Shown: one piece after another, positions 9,577-17,699 of the stretch
How the letters are laid out: each line of letters opens with the position of its first letter
Numbering within the stretch: the stretch's first letter is position 1
Sequence record: MH791411.1
Reading direction: 5' to 3' (one strand)
Length of the DNA stretch: 64,000 nucleotides
Translations under genes and position numbers: made by a program
Notes under the pieces: model-generated
Told to the model about the DNA's origin: nothing
Seen by the model: the letters and a program-made list of their open reading frames with translations, nothing else
Databases searched by the model: none

Positions 9577-9786
9577 CTAATTGCAAGTACTATTTGAAAG
9601 TAAATGCTCATACGCTGCATTAACTACGTTTTCAATAACCGACTGTACAGAAAGATCCCCCACGTCCTGGCTATAGTAGAAATCGCTTACAGTGGTGTCA
9701 TCGTATGCAAATACTTTACCAGGTACTGCATCAATCACATACATATTAACCTTTAAGATGTCGATCTTATCCTGTACAGTAAGCAT
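9577..9786 (-). CDS. hypothetical protein
   Basis: 69 aa in gene run. Confidence 0.7.
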   Translation of the reverse strand: MLTVQDKIDILKVNMYVIDAVPGKVFAYDDTTVSDFYYSQDVGDLSVQSVIENVVNAAYEHLLSNSTCN

Positions 9787-9791
9787 ATTAA

Positions 9792-10064
9792 TTAACCTTT
9801 TAAGTACTGGCTTAAGTAGTCTTGTTGATCTTCGGTGATTGCAGCCATCTTCCCTAGTACTGGATTAATGATATAATCCCCTGTAACGTCCTGTAACGCA
9901 TTCTCAGGCGGTTTAACGGCTGGGGTAGCCATAGCCATCGCCTGGACTTGTTCGACGCTATAACGCTCATATAGGCGGCATTCTTCCGGTGTTAACATAG
10001 CATCAATGCGTTTCATTGGTTTAATGATGCTTTCAACTTCATTCAGTACTTGATTAACGTTCAT
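9792..10064 (-). CDS. hypothetical protein
   Basis: 90 aa, GGGGA RBS. Confidence 0.75.
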   Translation of the reverse strand: MNVNQVLNEVESIIKPMKRIDAMLTPEECRLYERYSVEQVQAMAMATPAVKPPENALQDVTGDYIINPVLGKMAAITEDQQDYLSQYLKG

Positions 10065-10115
10065 GGTATAATCCCCAATATAAGCGGCCTGAATCGACCG
10101 CTAACGATGTTTTGA

Positions 10116-10385
10116 TTAATAGGTGTATGGTTGACGTTCAAACAATGATTGCACGTTGTACGCCCCACTAATGGGCTTTGCTGGTAAATCAATTTTATAT
10201 TGCTCACGCTTAAAGATAATAAAACGGCAATTGTTTTTAACATCAAAATTGATTGAACGTTCCAGTAGTTTACCATCGTGCACAAATACAAGATAACCGC
10301 TCGCTACTTGTTTTGTAGTACTGGTTGCAACCATAGACCGCCGAACATGTGTACCTGCGTCGATTAAAGTACTGATATTTTTCAT
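10116..10385 (-). CDS. hypothetical protein
   Basis: 89 aa, GAGGA RBS. Confidence 0.7.
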   Translation of the reverse strand: MKNISTLIDAGTHVRRSMVATSTTKQVASGYLVFVHDGKLLERSINFDVKNNCRFIIFKREQYKIDLPAKPISGAYNVQSLFERQPYTY

Positions 10386-10465
10386 TATACGTTCCTCTTA
10401 AGTTAATTTAATTTCTTTCCCCTATGCAGACACTATATCAAAGTATCTGCATAAAGTAAAGCTAA

Positions 10466-10789
10466 TTAAAGATCTTTTTTGCGTTTAACATTCTGTACAG
10501 TACAATGCAACGGGATATTAAGATCATTGCACAAACGAGTAAGGGAGGTTTCATCAGTATTAAGCCCGTCTACTGATTCCTTTAATAGATCTAACGCCGT
10601 TTGTTGATATGCATCTTCATAGCCATAAGTAAATGATTCAACCGCCAGATCATTCAAACCGTTATCCAGTTCGACGCTTACATGACAAGAATGATAAGTA
10701 TTGCCATATGAATCAGTCCAACGTTTACCGTCAACATTGATTGCACGGATTGCAGCCAGGGAAACGGTGTTAATGATAGTTTTAGCCAT
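10466..10789 (-). CDS. hypothetical early protein, paralog of 3623-3946
   Basis: RWTDSYGNTYHSC motif. Confidence 0.85.
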   Translation of the reverse strand: MAKTIINTVSLAAIRAINVDGKRWTDSYGNTYHSCHVSVELDNGLNDLAVESFTYGYEDAYQQTALDLLKESVDGLNTDETSLTRLCNDLNIPLHCTVQNVKRKKDL

Positions 10790-10878
10790 TTTTGTATTCC
10801 TTAAATTAATATGTTGTCTTGATAAAATCTATTATGCCAGTACTATCAAACTATGTCAATAGTACTGTGATAATATTT

Positions 10879-11091
10879 TTACTTACTTTCTTTCGCTGCT
10901 TTGTGCGTTGCCACTGCCATAACCACATCAGCACGAACAAAGTTTTTAACCGTGTCGCTGTAATAATTGATCGCTTCATCAATATCTGCGAACATCCGAT
11001 ACATACCGCACCACGATACTTTATAACCTGCTTTCACTTCTTCCAGCTTAACCAGTGATTTGTTAACTTTGATTTTAGTAATGATAGCCAT
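10879..11091 (-). CDS. hypothetical early protein
   Basis: 70 aa, own promoter. Confidence 0.8.
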   Translation of the reverse strand: MAIITKIKVNKSLVKLEEVKAGYKVSWCGMYRMFADIDEAINYYSDTVKNFVRADVVMAVATHKAAKESK

Positions 11092-11170
11092 TTTATTTTC
11101 CTCAGTTGTCTTGATAAAATCTATTATGCCAGTACTATCAAACTATGTCAATAGCACTGTGATAATATTT

Positions 11171-11314
11171 TTACTTACTTTTTGCTTTCTTGATTGCTTC
11201 CACCTGGTCGGCCCATTCTTTACCCCATACTTGTAAATTATAATGGTACTGGCAAAGAGCAACGCCCCGCTTTAAACCCGTAATAGATTTCTGACCACAT
11301 TGACAAGTTTTCAT
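11171..11314 (-). CDS. small putative zinc-binding protein (47 aa)
   Basis: hand-translated; CxC...CxxH. Confidence 0.7.
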   Translation of the reverse strand: MKTCQCGQKSITGLKRGVALCQYHYNLQVWGKEWADQVEAIKKAKSK

Positions 11315-11400
11315 TTTAGTTTCCTTGTAGTGGGGAGAACCATTTTCTCCCCTTGATGTAATGTATTATACTTTATTCGATTTACTTTGCAAGTACTTTT

Positions 11401-11628
11401 TTAATTTAATTCATCAAGGCAAAGGATACGCTCAACGCCCAAATCAGTTAAACTAATCGACGGCACTTGATAGGTTTCAATGTATGCTACACTTGCCCAC
11501 TGACCGAACTCATTAACGGCCCAGGTATTCATTGCATTTTGCAATTCCGCACCTTCCTTGTTGGTAATGACTGCAACTACTTGTTCGTTGCCAGTAGTAC
11601 CAGATACGCGAGTAATGATAATAGCCAT
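11401..11628 (-). CDS. hypothetical early protein
   Basis: start at MAIIIT. Confidence 0.75.
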   Translation of the reverse strand: MAIIITRVSGTTGNEQVVAVITNKEGAELQNAMNTWAVNEFGQWASVAYIETYQVPSISLTDLGVERILCLDELN

Positions 11629-11913
11629 TGTTTTGATTCCTTTGATTTGGAAGGAGAACCGTTTCCCCCTCTCGATGTAAAACATTATACGCTAATCTCT
11701 TAATCGTGCAAGTACTTTTTATTACTTTTTGCAAAATACTTTAAACGCTCTCAATCGCGTTCTTACAGCCTTAACGCCACCAGCTAGGGCAATGCATCAG
11801 ATAATCAGTTTAATGCGTTAGAATCGTTTCTAGGCGGTGCTGGTGGCATGGTAAACGATAAACACAAAAAAGCCCACCGTTTAAGGTGGGCTAGTGATTC
11901 AGTACTTTAATTG

Positions 11914-12396
11914 TTATGCTTCAACTTTGCGATGAGATTCGATCCATTCCTCGCGAGTCATACCGCTGGCGTTAATCGCGTCCAGTACTACCGCAATGCA
12001 GTTACCACGCACCGGAATCAGATATTCTTCCCCGTTGTCCAGTACTACCGCTACGCGTTCCTGAATCCATTTTTTGGCTTTTACTTCTGGCTTGTCTTCC
12101 CCATACTTAACCGCCAGGGCTTTTTGTGCCATCTCTGTAACTACTTCCAGATCCAATCCAACTACTGCCGCCTGAATACTTTCGATTGTTGCTTGTAGTT
12201 CTGCTTCACGGGCCGCCTTTGCCGCTTCAATTTCTGCCGCTTTATTTGCTTGTAGTTCTTTCGCAGTACTGTACGCGATGTTAAAATTATTGCGTACCGC
12301 TTTCATGGTATCGTTATCCAGTTCAGCCAGGATCTCAGCCGCGACGTTAGTTTCATTTGCTACCAGTGCTTTGATGAATGATTTTACATTAGCCAT
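11914..12396 (-). CDS. H-NS/MvaT-like protein (tentative)
   Basis: coiled-coil N-half; C-terminal LDNGE...AVVLDAINASGMTREEW resembles the H-NS DNA-binding domain. Confidence 0.55.
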   Translation of the reverse strand: MANVKSFIKALVANETNVAAEILAELDNDTMKAVRNNFNIAYSTAKELQANKAAEIEAAKAAREAELQATIESIQAAVVGLDLEVVTEMAQKALAVKYGEDKPEVKAKKWIQERVAVVLDNGEEYLIPVRGNCIAVVLDAINASGMTREEWIESHRKVEA

Positions 12397-12629
12397 TTTA
12401 TAAATCCTCAATTAAAGTTTAGTTTACGTTTATTAGTGTATCAAAGTTTTCTCGACGTGTCCAGTTTTTCGTTCGACTTACTGGCGGTCTACTTAGTGCT
12501 CCCCGTCTTGATGTAATACATTCTACGCTTTTCTGCGGTAATGTCAACTACTTTCTTAAAACTATTTTCAAAGTATCTCAGTACTACGATACTACAAAAA
12601 CAAAAAAGCCCACCAGGTGGGCTATGTAC

Positions 12630-12860
12630 TTAATCAGTGAGTAAAATATTAAACACTTTACCATTTAACGTTATTGGTGCACTGCTACCAGGCACAAGAT
12701 CCGTTAGTATACCTGCAATCGCTTTATCATTGGCTACCTTTCCAGTGTCCAACAGTACTACAGTACTGATAAGATTAACGCTCGTTTCAATATCATAATG
12801 CACGGCGTTAAGTAGTTGTGTAGTACTGCTTTCGTTAAGTAAAACAATTCGCTTAGTCAT
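12630..12860 (-). CDS. hypothetical protein
   Basis: 76 aa. Confidence 0.7.
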   Translation of the reverse strand: MTKRIVLLNESSTTQLLNAVHYDIETSVNLISTVVLLDTGKVANDKAIAGILTDLVPGSSAPITLNGKVFNILLTD

Positions 12861-12881
12861 GATGTTACCCCGTAGTATCTA

Positions 12882-13181
12882 TCAACGGCAATTAATAACG
12901 CCGGTATGAGTTACTTTCTCGGTATCCATTACAGTGACCGAACCGCGTTTAGCACTGGCATCATAATAAATTGTCGTGCTACCGTTTTCGTCTTCTTCAT
13001 GGAACGGGCCGTTTTTAAATGCTTCCGGCTGGATCTCTAAATCCTTTAATACAATCTCGCCAGTTCTTTCATCGGTCATTGCAACAGTGCACTGAATGAA
13101 TTTTTCACTACTTACATCTAATGACGCATTAACAGCGAAAGAGGAAACAGATAAAGCCAGGGCGATGATTGCAATTTTCAT
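12882..13181 (-). CDS. exported protein with signal peptide
   Basis: MKIAIIALALSVSSFAVNA; Cys near both ends of mature part. Confidence 0.8.
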   Translation of the reverse strand: MKIAIIALALSVSSFAVNASLDVSSEKFIQCTVAMTDERTGEIVLKDLEIQPEAFKNGPFHEEDENGSTTIYYDASAKRGSVTVMDTEKVTHTGVINCR

Positions 13182-13265
13182 TTGATTATCCTTAGTTACC
13201 AGGGGAAACCGTTTCCCCTTGCGATGTAAAATATTATACAGTACTAAAAACTAATTGCAAGTACT

Positions 13266-13502
13266 TTATGATTTTTTATAAAACATTTCAGCAGTGATAT
13301 TTTTACCCGTTGGCTGTACTTTATCCAGAATTTTTTGATGCCCTGGTCGTCCAAAGGAATATGATCCGTAAACAGTAAACCAGTAGTTACCCTCAGTGTT
13401 TACATGTACAGCACAATAAGGAACACCACGCGATTCATCACTAGTAAAGTGTGATACCGTTCCCGTTACATTCGCAGACGTTGATTTGATTTGTTCGACC
13501 AT
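13266..13502 (-). CDS. hypothetical early protein
   Basis: 78 aa, own cassette. Confidence 0.75.
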   Translation of the reverse strand: MVEQIKSTSANVTGTVSHFTSDESRGVPYCAVHVNTEGNYWFTVYGSYSFGRPGHQKILDKVQPTGKNITAEMFYKKS

Positions 13503-13611
13503 TTTCTTATTCCTTAGTTACCAGGGGAACCGCTCCCCCTATGCAAAACATTATACGCGTTTAAAAACTAATTGCAAGTATTTTAATAAAAAGTATTTGA
13601 AAAATAGTTGT

Positions 13612-13745
13612 TGACAAGTGCATCCAGTACTGGCATAATTACTACATCAAGACGAAACAGTCACTAACCCACCGGGTGCCGAGATCCGTCTATTAAATGA
13701 TTCAGTACTGAAAAAGTAACGGGGAGTTATTATCTCCCCGTGTTG
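13612..13745 (+). ncRNA. family A RNA element, plus-strand copy
   Basis: TTGACA-N17-CATAAT, GAC-GAAACA-GTC hairpin, CCCACCGGGTGC, runs into hairpin at 13718-13742. Confidence 0.55.
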
Positions 13746-13967
13746 TTATTTTGTAAGGTATAAACAGAAGTCGCCTTTATTTGCTACGCCGCCAGTGTAA
13801 CGCGAGGAATAGTTAGAAACGTCCTGGACTTCTGCTATTACCAGGGTATCATCATTCAATTCGTCGCAGAAGCAAACGGCTGGATCTTGTACGCCGATTT
13901 TGTCGGCATGTTCCCGCATAGATTTAACCAGTGCTTCCAGTTGGGAAAGAGTAGTGATATTAGCCAT
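13746..13967 (-). CDS. hypothetical early protein
   Basis: start at MANITT. Confidence 0.75.
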   Translation of the reverse strand: MANITTLSQLEALVKSMREHADKIGVQDPAVCFCDELNDDTLVIAEVQDVSNYSSRYTGGVANKGDFCLYLTK

Positions 13968-14051
13968 TTTATTTTCCTCATTACCAGGGAGAACCATTTC
14001 TCCCTTTGATGTAAACCATTATACAGTACTGAAAACTAATTGCAAGTACTT

Positions 14052-14240
14052 TTAATTAAATTCCATAAAATCATTTTCAACGTGCACAACAATCTGATTA
14101 TTTTTAAAGGACGCAGAAAACTCTATACAATCATAAACCGCTTTTTCTGTTACCAGACTATGAGCACCAATCGGATTAATTGGGGATTGAATTGTTTCAA
14201 TCTCGTTACCTTGTTCATTAACGATTAAAATATTAAACAT
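14052..14240 (-). CDS. hypothetical early protein
   Basis: 62 aa, AGGAG RBS. Confidence 0.75.
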   Translation of the reverse strand: MFNILIVNEQGNEIETIQSPINPIGAHSLVTEKAVYDCIEFSASFKNNQIVVHVENDFMEFN

Positions 14241-14279
14241 TGCCGTTACTCCTGGATAGTGTTAACTCGATATAAAGTA

Positions 14280-14462
14280 TTATACGCCTTTATTGCTTAG
14301 TGTCCAGTGATCACGCATCATACGCCCCGCACGATCCCAGCTAGTAGGCATGGGTATGCCTTGCAATTCGTTAGGGGAGATCTCGACCTCGATCCCTACA
14401 TCAATAACAGTCATTCCAGCTTTCGCAGCTTGCTCGCGGATAACCTCAGATAATGTTGTCAT
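14280..14462 (-). CDS. hypothetical early protein
   Basis: 60 aa, AGGAG RBS. Confidence 0.7.
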   Translation of the reverse strand: MTTLSEVIREQAAKAGMTVIDVGIEVEISPNELQGIPMPTSWDRAGRMMRDHWTLSNKGV

Positions 14463-14536
14463 GATTAAAGCTCCTGGATAGTGTTAACTCGATATAAAGT
14501 ATTATACAGTACTGAAAACTAATTGCAAGTACTTTT

Positions 14537-14797
14537 TTAATATTGTTTGTCGTCGTCTTCCTCGATGAATTGACCGACGAAATGATCTACTTTCGCTTTG
14601 AGGCTTTTATAATCTTCTTCTACTTCCGTTAAACGTTCCTGGTAGTATTCCAATGCTTCAAGATACGCCGCCTCAGCAGTTTTTGCACGCATAGCTAAAT
14701 TCATTCCACGCGTTTCATCAAATAGCCAATAACCATCGGTGCACTGGCTAATAGATAATGACTTGCTTAGTACTGTATAGCTAATTACTTTACTCAT
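14537..14797 (-). CDS. hypothetical early protein
   Basis: 86 aa, coiled-coil/acidic tail. Confidence 0.8.
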   Translation of the reverse strand: MSKVISYTVLSKSLSISQCTDGYWLFDETRGMNLAMRAKTAEAAYLEALEYYQERLTEVEEDYKSLKAKVDHFVGQFIEEDDDKQY

Positions 14798-14854
14798 TAG
14801 ATAACCCTCAGTAAAGGCGGGAACTATTACCCGCCATTATCTCAGTACTGAATA

Positions 14855-15094
14855 TTACATTCCAACCATTGCAGCACGGATCGCAGTAGTGCTATACTTA
14901 AAGCCGTCCGGCGTTGTAGTAGTACCGTTGGCTTTTAATCTGCGGTACATACATTCCGCAGCAATATCTTTAGTTCTACTTTGTGCGATGCAACTTTGAG
15001 CAAGCCGATACAATGACTCACCGTTATTAATCCAAAGGCTTACATTCCAATGAGTTTTGTTTTTGTGTCCGTTGTAAGTTTTAGTACTAGCCAT
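14855..15094 (-). CDS. conserved phage protein (HKNKTHWNVSLWINN), paralog of 16895-17134
   Basis: identical motifs and C-terminus in both copies. Confidence 0.85.
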   Translation of the reverse strand: MASTKTYNGHKNKTHWNVSLWINNGESLYRLAQSCIAQSRTKDIAAECMYRRLKANGTTTTPDGFKYSTTAIRAAMVGM

Positions 15095-15184
15095 TTTTAA
15101 ATCCTCGTTTGAGCGGGGAACCACTCCCCGCCTCGATATAAAGTATTATACGCTTTTAAACTTAGTTTGCAAGTACTTTTTAAA

Positions 15185-15796
15185 TTAATATTCGATTGAT
15201 TCCACTACGCCATCAATAACATTGAATTGATACTCGTTACCCTCAATCAGTGCCGTAATGTTTTCAGTAGTGAATTGATCCTCATATGCATTCTCTAAAT
15301 CACGGTACAACTTGCGGGACAATTCACGAATAGTTTCAGTGAGTAGTTCCTCAAGCTCATTAACTAACGTTTCTTGTTTTGCGGTTAAATCAGTGTAAGC
15401 CGATTCAATGTACCCGCTTACAGTATTCTCATGCGAGTAGTGGGAGTGCGAACGTTTTACACTCATCGCCAAATCATCTTCATTCAGCAAGTGACGGATT
15501 GAGCGATACTTAGTTAATGCTCTTACCTTGCGTAAAAACTTCACTGCGTCAACGTGGTCAGTACTGATTGATGCACCGTCACCCTGGGACCAAAAACCAC
15601 TGAATTGTATTTCAGCGTCATTAATGCCATATTCCGGTAGTACTGTTTCTTTATAGTATTCAATTTCACTTTCAGAAAAATAATTGTCGTTTGAGTTTTT
15701 TTCACGTTCCCGAACCAGTTCGATAGCTGACGTTTGTTGTTCTGCGTTCAATTCAGAAAAAGCCATAACATAAGTAGTAGTAGTGATAGTTTTCAT
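15185..15796 (-). CDS. conserved phage hypothetical protein (FSGFWSQGDGAS motif)
   Basis: 203 aa, acidic, own promoter. Confidence 0.85.
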   Translation of the reverse strand: MKTITTTTYVMAFSELNAEQQTSAIELVREREKNSNDNYFSESEIEYYKETVLPEYGINDAEIQFSGFWSQGDGASISTDHVDAVKFLRKVRALTKYRSIRHLLNEDDLAMSVKRSHSHYSHENTVSGYIESAYTDLTAKQETLVNELEELLTETIRELSRKLYRDLENAYEDQFTTENITALIEGNEYQFNVIDGVVESIEY

Positions 15797-15864
15797 TTTG
15801 TAACCCTCATTCAGTAGTTGATGTAAGTATTATACGCTTTTAAAAACATTTGTCAAACTATTTT

Positions 15865-15941
15865 ATCAGGGGAGTTTTTCGTGTGCCTTACTCCTGGGCT
15901 ACTTAACGGGAAGTTACTTATTTCGTTCCCCGTCCTGATGT
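15865..15941 (-). ncRNA. structured small RNA candidate (family B, copy 2)
   Basis: near-identical to 4650-4724, behind own promoter, no ORF. Confidence 0.6.
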
Positions 15942-16019
15942 AAAACATTATACGCCTTTAAACATAGTTTGCAAGTACTTTTTAAAAATAGTTTTCAGTA
16001 CTGAATAGTAAAAAAAAGT

Positions 16020-16195
16020 ATTGACAGCATTATCAAGTACTGGTATAATATACCCCATGACAACAGCTAACCCACCGGGTGCACAATTGTAACTATACTA
16101 AACTAATTTTTCTATAGATACACTCCCGCACCCTATGGGCTACGGCTTATCTGCCAATGAATACATTATGCCAGTACTGACAAAATAAGTCAATA
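16020..16195. ncRNA. convergent pair of family A RNA elements
   Basis: plus TTGACA/TATAAT + CCCACCGGGTGC facing minus TTGACT/CATAAT + CCCATAGGGTGC. Confidence 0.55.
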
Positions 16196-16223
16196 CCGGC
16201 AATTGTAAAGATTTGTAAACTGC

Positions 16224-16460
16224 TTATACTGCAATCGCGTCCAGGCTATAATAATAATAAGTGCCGTATTGGTGTACTTTATTACCTTTTATTTCAGTAC
16301 TGAATGAATCCGAACGGTTTGCATATGATGTTAATTTAAAGTACTTTGATTTGCTGATACGTTGCCATACACCACAGATCCGCTGTAAGTAAGTAGTTTT
16401 ATTCGTGGTAGTATCTTTTACGGTTTTAACTTCAGTCATATACATATTAGTCATTTTCAT
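16224..16460 (-). CDS. hypothetical early protein
   Basis: 78 aa, GGAG RBS. Confidence 0.75.
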   Translation of the reverse strand: MKMTNMYMTEVKTVKDTTTNKTTYLQRICGVWQRISKSKYFKLTSYANRSDSFSTEIKGNKVHQYGTYYYYSLDAIAV

Positions 16461-16541
16461 TACTCCAGGTTATAGGCGGGAAGAGTTCCCGCTCTCGATG
16501 TAAAACATTATACGCCATTAAACATAGTTTGCAAGTACTTT

Positions 16542-16808
16542 TTATTCAAGTACTGCAATCTTTTTAGTACGGTACACGGTCACGCGGTTGCCCTTTCGGT
16601 CGAGCTTTATTTCTACCACTCGACGCGATACACTATCGGGACTTTTTAAGGCCGCTAACCAGTACTGTAATGATCTGGCGGTACTACGCTTTACAATGGC
16701 CCAACGTTTACCACGTTCCGATTGTACGCCCATATCTTTAAACGTTGCCCCGTCCTGGCGTGCGGCGATCCGAGCTTGTTCACGCGTCGCAAAATACTTA
16801 ATTTTCAT
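16542..16808 (-). CDS. hypothetical early protein, paralog of 3132-3527
   Basis: shared motifs; start at MKIKYF. Confidence 0.85.
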   Translation of the reverse strand: MKIKYFATREQARIAARQDGATFKDMGVQSERGKRWAIVKRSTARSLQYWLAALKSPDSVSRRVVEIKLDRKGNRVTVYRTKKIAVLE

Positions 16809-16894
16809 GCTGTTGCCCTTATCGTTGGTGTATGAATAAAACACTATTATAAAGTACTATCGCAAAAAAATGATAGTACTTTAAATAAATTCTA

Positions 16895-17134
16895 TTACAT
16901 TCCAACCATCGCCGCACGGATCGCAGTAGTGCTATATTTGAATCCGTCCGGTGTTTTATCTTGTCCAGTCTGTTCTAAAAATAACATCATATGACGGGCC
17001 GCATCATTGCGATTAGTGCTATCGTTAATAAAGTCCTGGGCCAACCGATACAATCCCTCATCGTTATTAATCCAAAGGCTTACATTCCAATGAGTTTTGT
17101 TTTTGTGACCTAAGAACATTTTTGATTTAGCCAT
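16895..17134 (-). CDS. conserved phage protein, paralog of 14855-15094
   Basis: start at MAKSK. Confidence 0.85.
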   Translation of the reverse strand: MAKSKMFLGHKNKTHWNVSLWINNDEGLYRLAQDFINDSTNRNDAARHMMLFLEQTGQDKTPDGFKYSTTAIRAAMVGM

Positions 17135-17227
17135 TTTTTTAATCCTCTTATATAGTGGGGAACTATTCCCCACCTGATGTAAAACATTATACGCCATTAA
17201 ACATAGTTTGCAAGTACTTTATTAAAC

Positions 17228-17590
17228 TTATTTGTAAATTTTGCCACTGTCAGCCCATACCAGGAAACGAGGCATATTATCCCATGCATCTTGTTTTAAG
17301 TTTAAGCCGTGCAATTCCTCAGTTGTTGCCATCCCTGGTACTGGCTTACTACACACCGCGAAATTTTCGCCCATATACTGATAAACCATCGTCAAATCAT
17401 TTGAGATCATTATATGGATCATTGAATCCAGCATCAAAGTAGCGGCGTATTGTTCACGCTTAAGCGGCAACATTGCAATAAGTTCCCGATAAGCTGCAAT
17501 GTGAATTTTTACAGTTTCAGCCGGAAGACCTTTCATCTCATCGCGGAAGTTTACCAGGTTAAGCATGATTTTATTGATTTGAGTCGCCAT
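17228..17590 (-). CDS. hypothetical early protein
   Basis: start at MATQINK; first gene of the early region. Confidence 0.8.
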   Translation of the reverse strand: MATQINKIMLNLVNFRDEMKGLPAETVKIHIAAYRELIAMLPLKREQYAATLMLDSMIHIMISNDLTMVYQYMGENFAVCSKPVPGMATTEELHGLNLKQDAWDNMPRFLVWADSGKIYK

Positions 17591-17699
17591 CGTTTTAATC
17601 TCTCTTAATGTGTAGCGGGAAGTGTTCCCGCTCTCGATGTAAAACATTATACGCTTTTATCAGTACGGTGCAAGTACTTTCTACAAATACTTTTAAAAT

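Larger units (their letters stand above)
60..17690 (-). promoter_or_regulatory. array of about 30 sigma70-type early promoters, many followed by a GGGGAGAA-N-TTCTCCCC 5' hairpin and RBS
   Basis: Minus-strand TTGACA/TTGCAT-N16-18-TATAAT/CATAAT followed by agtttacatc/gttttacatc and the hairpin, e.g. 626-686, 1120-1180, 3970-4030, 4240-4300, 5532-5592, 8259-8320, 9298-9355, 13985-14045, 17156-17215. Confidence 0.9.

Noticed and set aside
60-17690. Repeated leaders read as a CRISPR array or integron attC sites
   Set aside because: Spacing is gene-sized and irregular, the repeats are promoter/hairpin/RBS elements, and there are no cas or integrase genes
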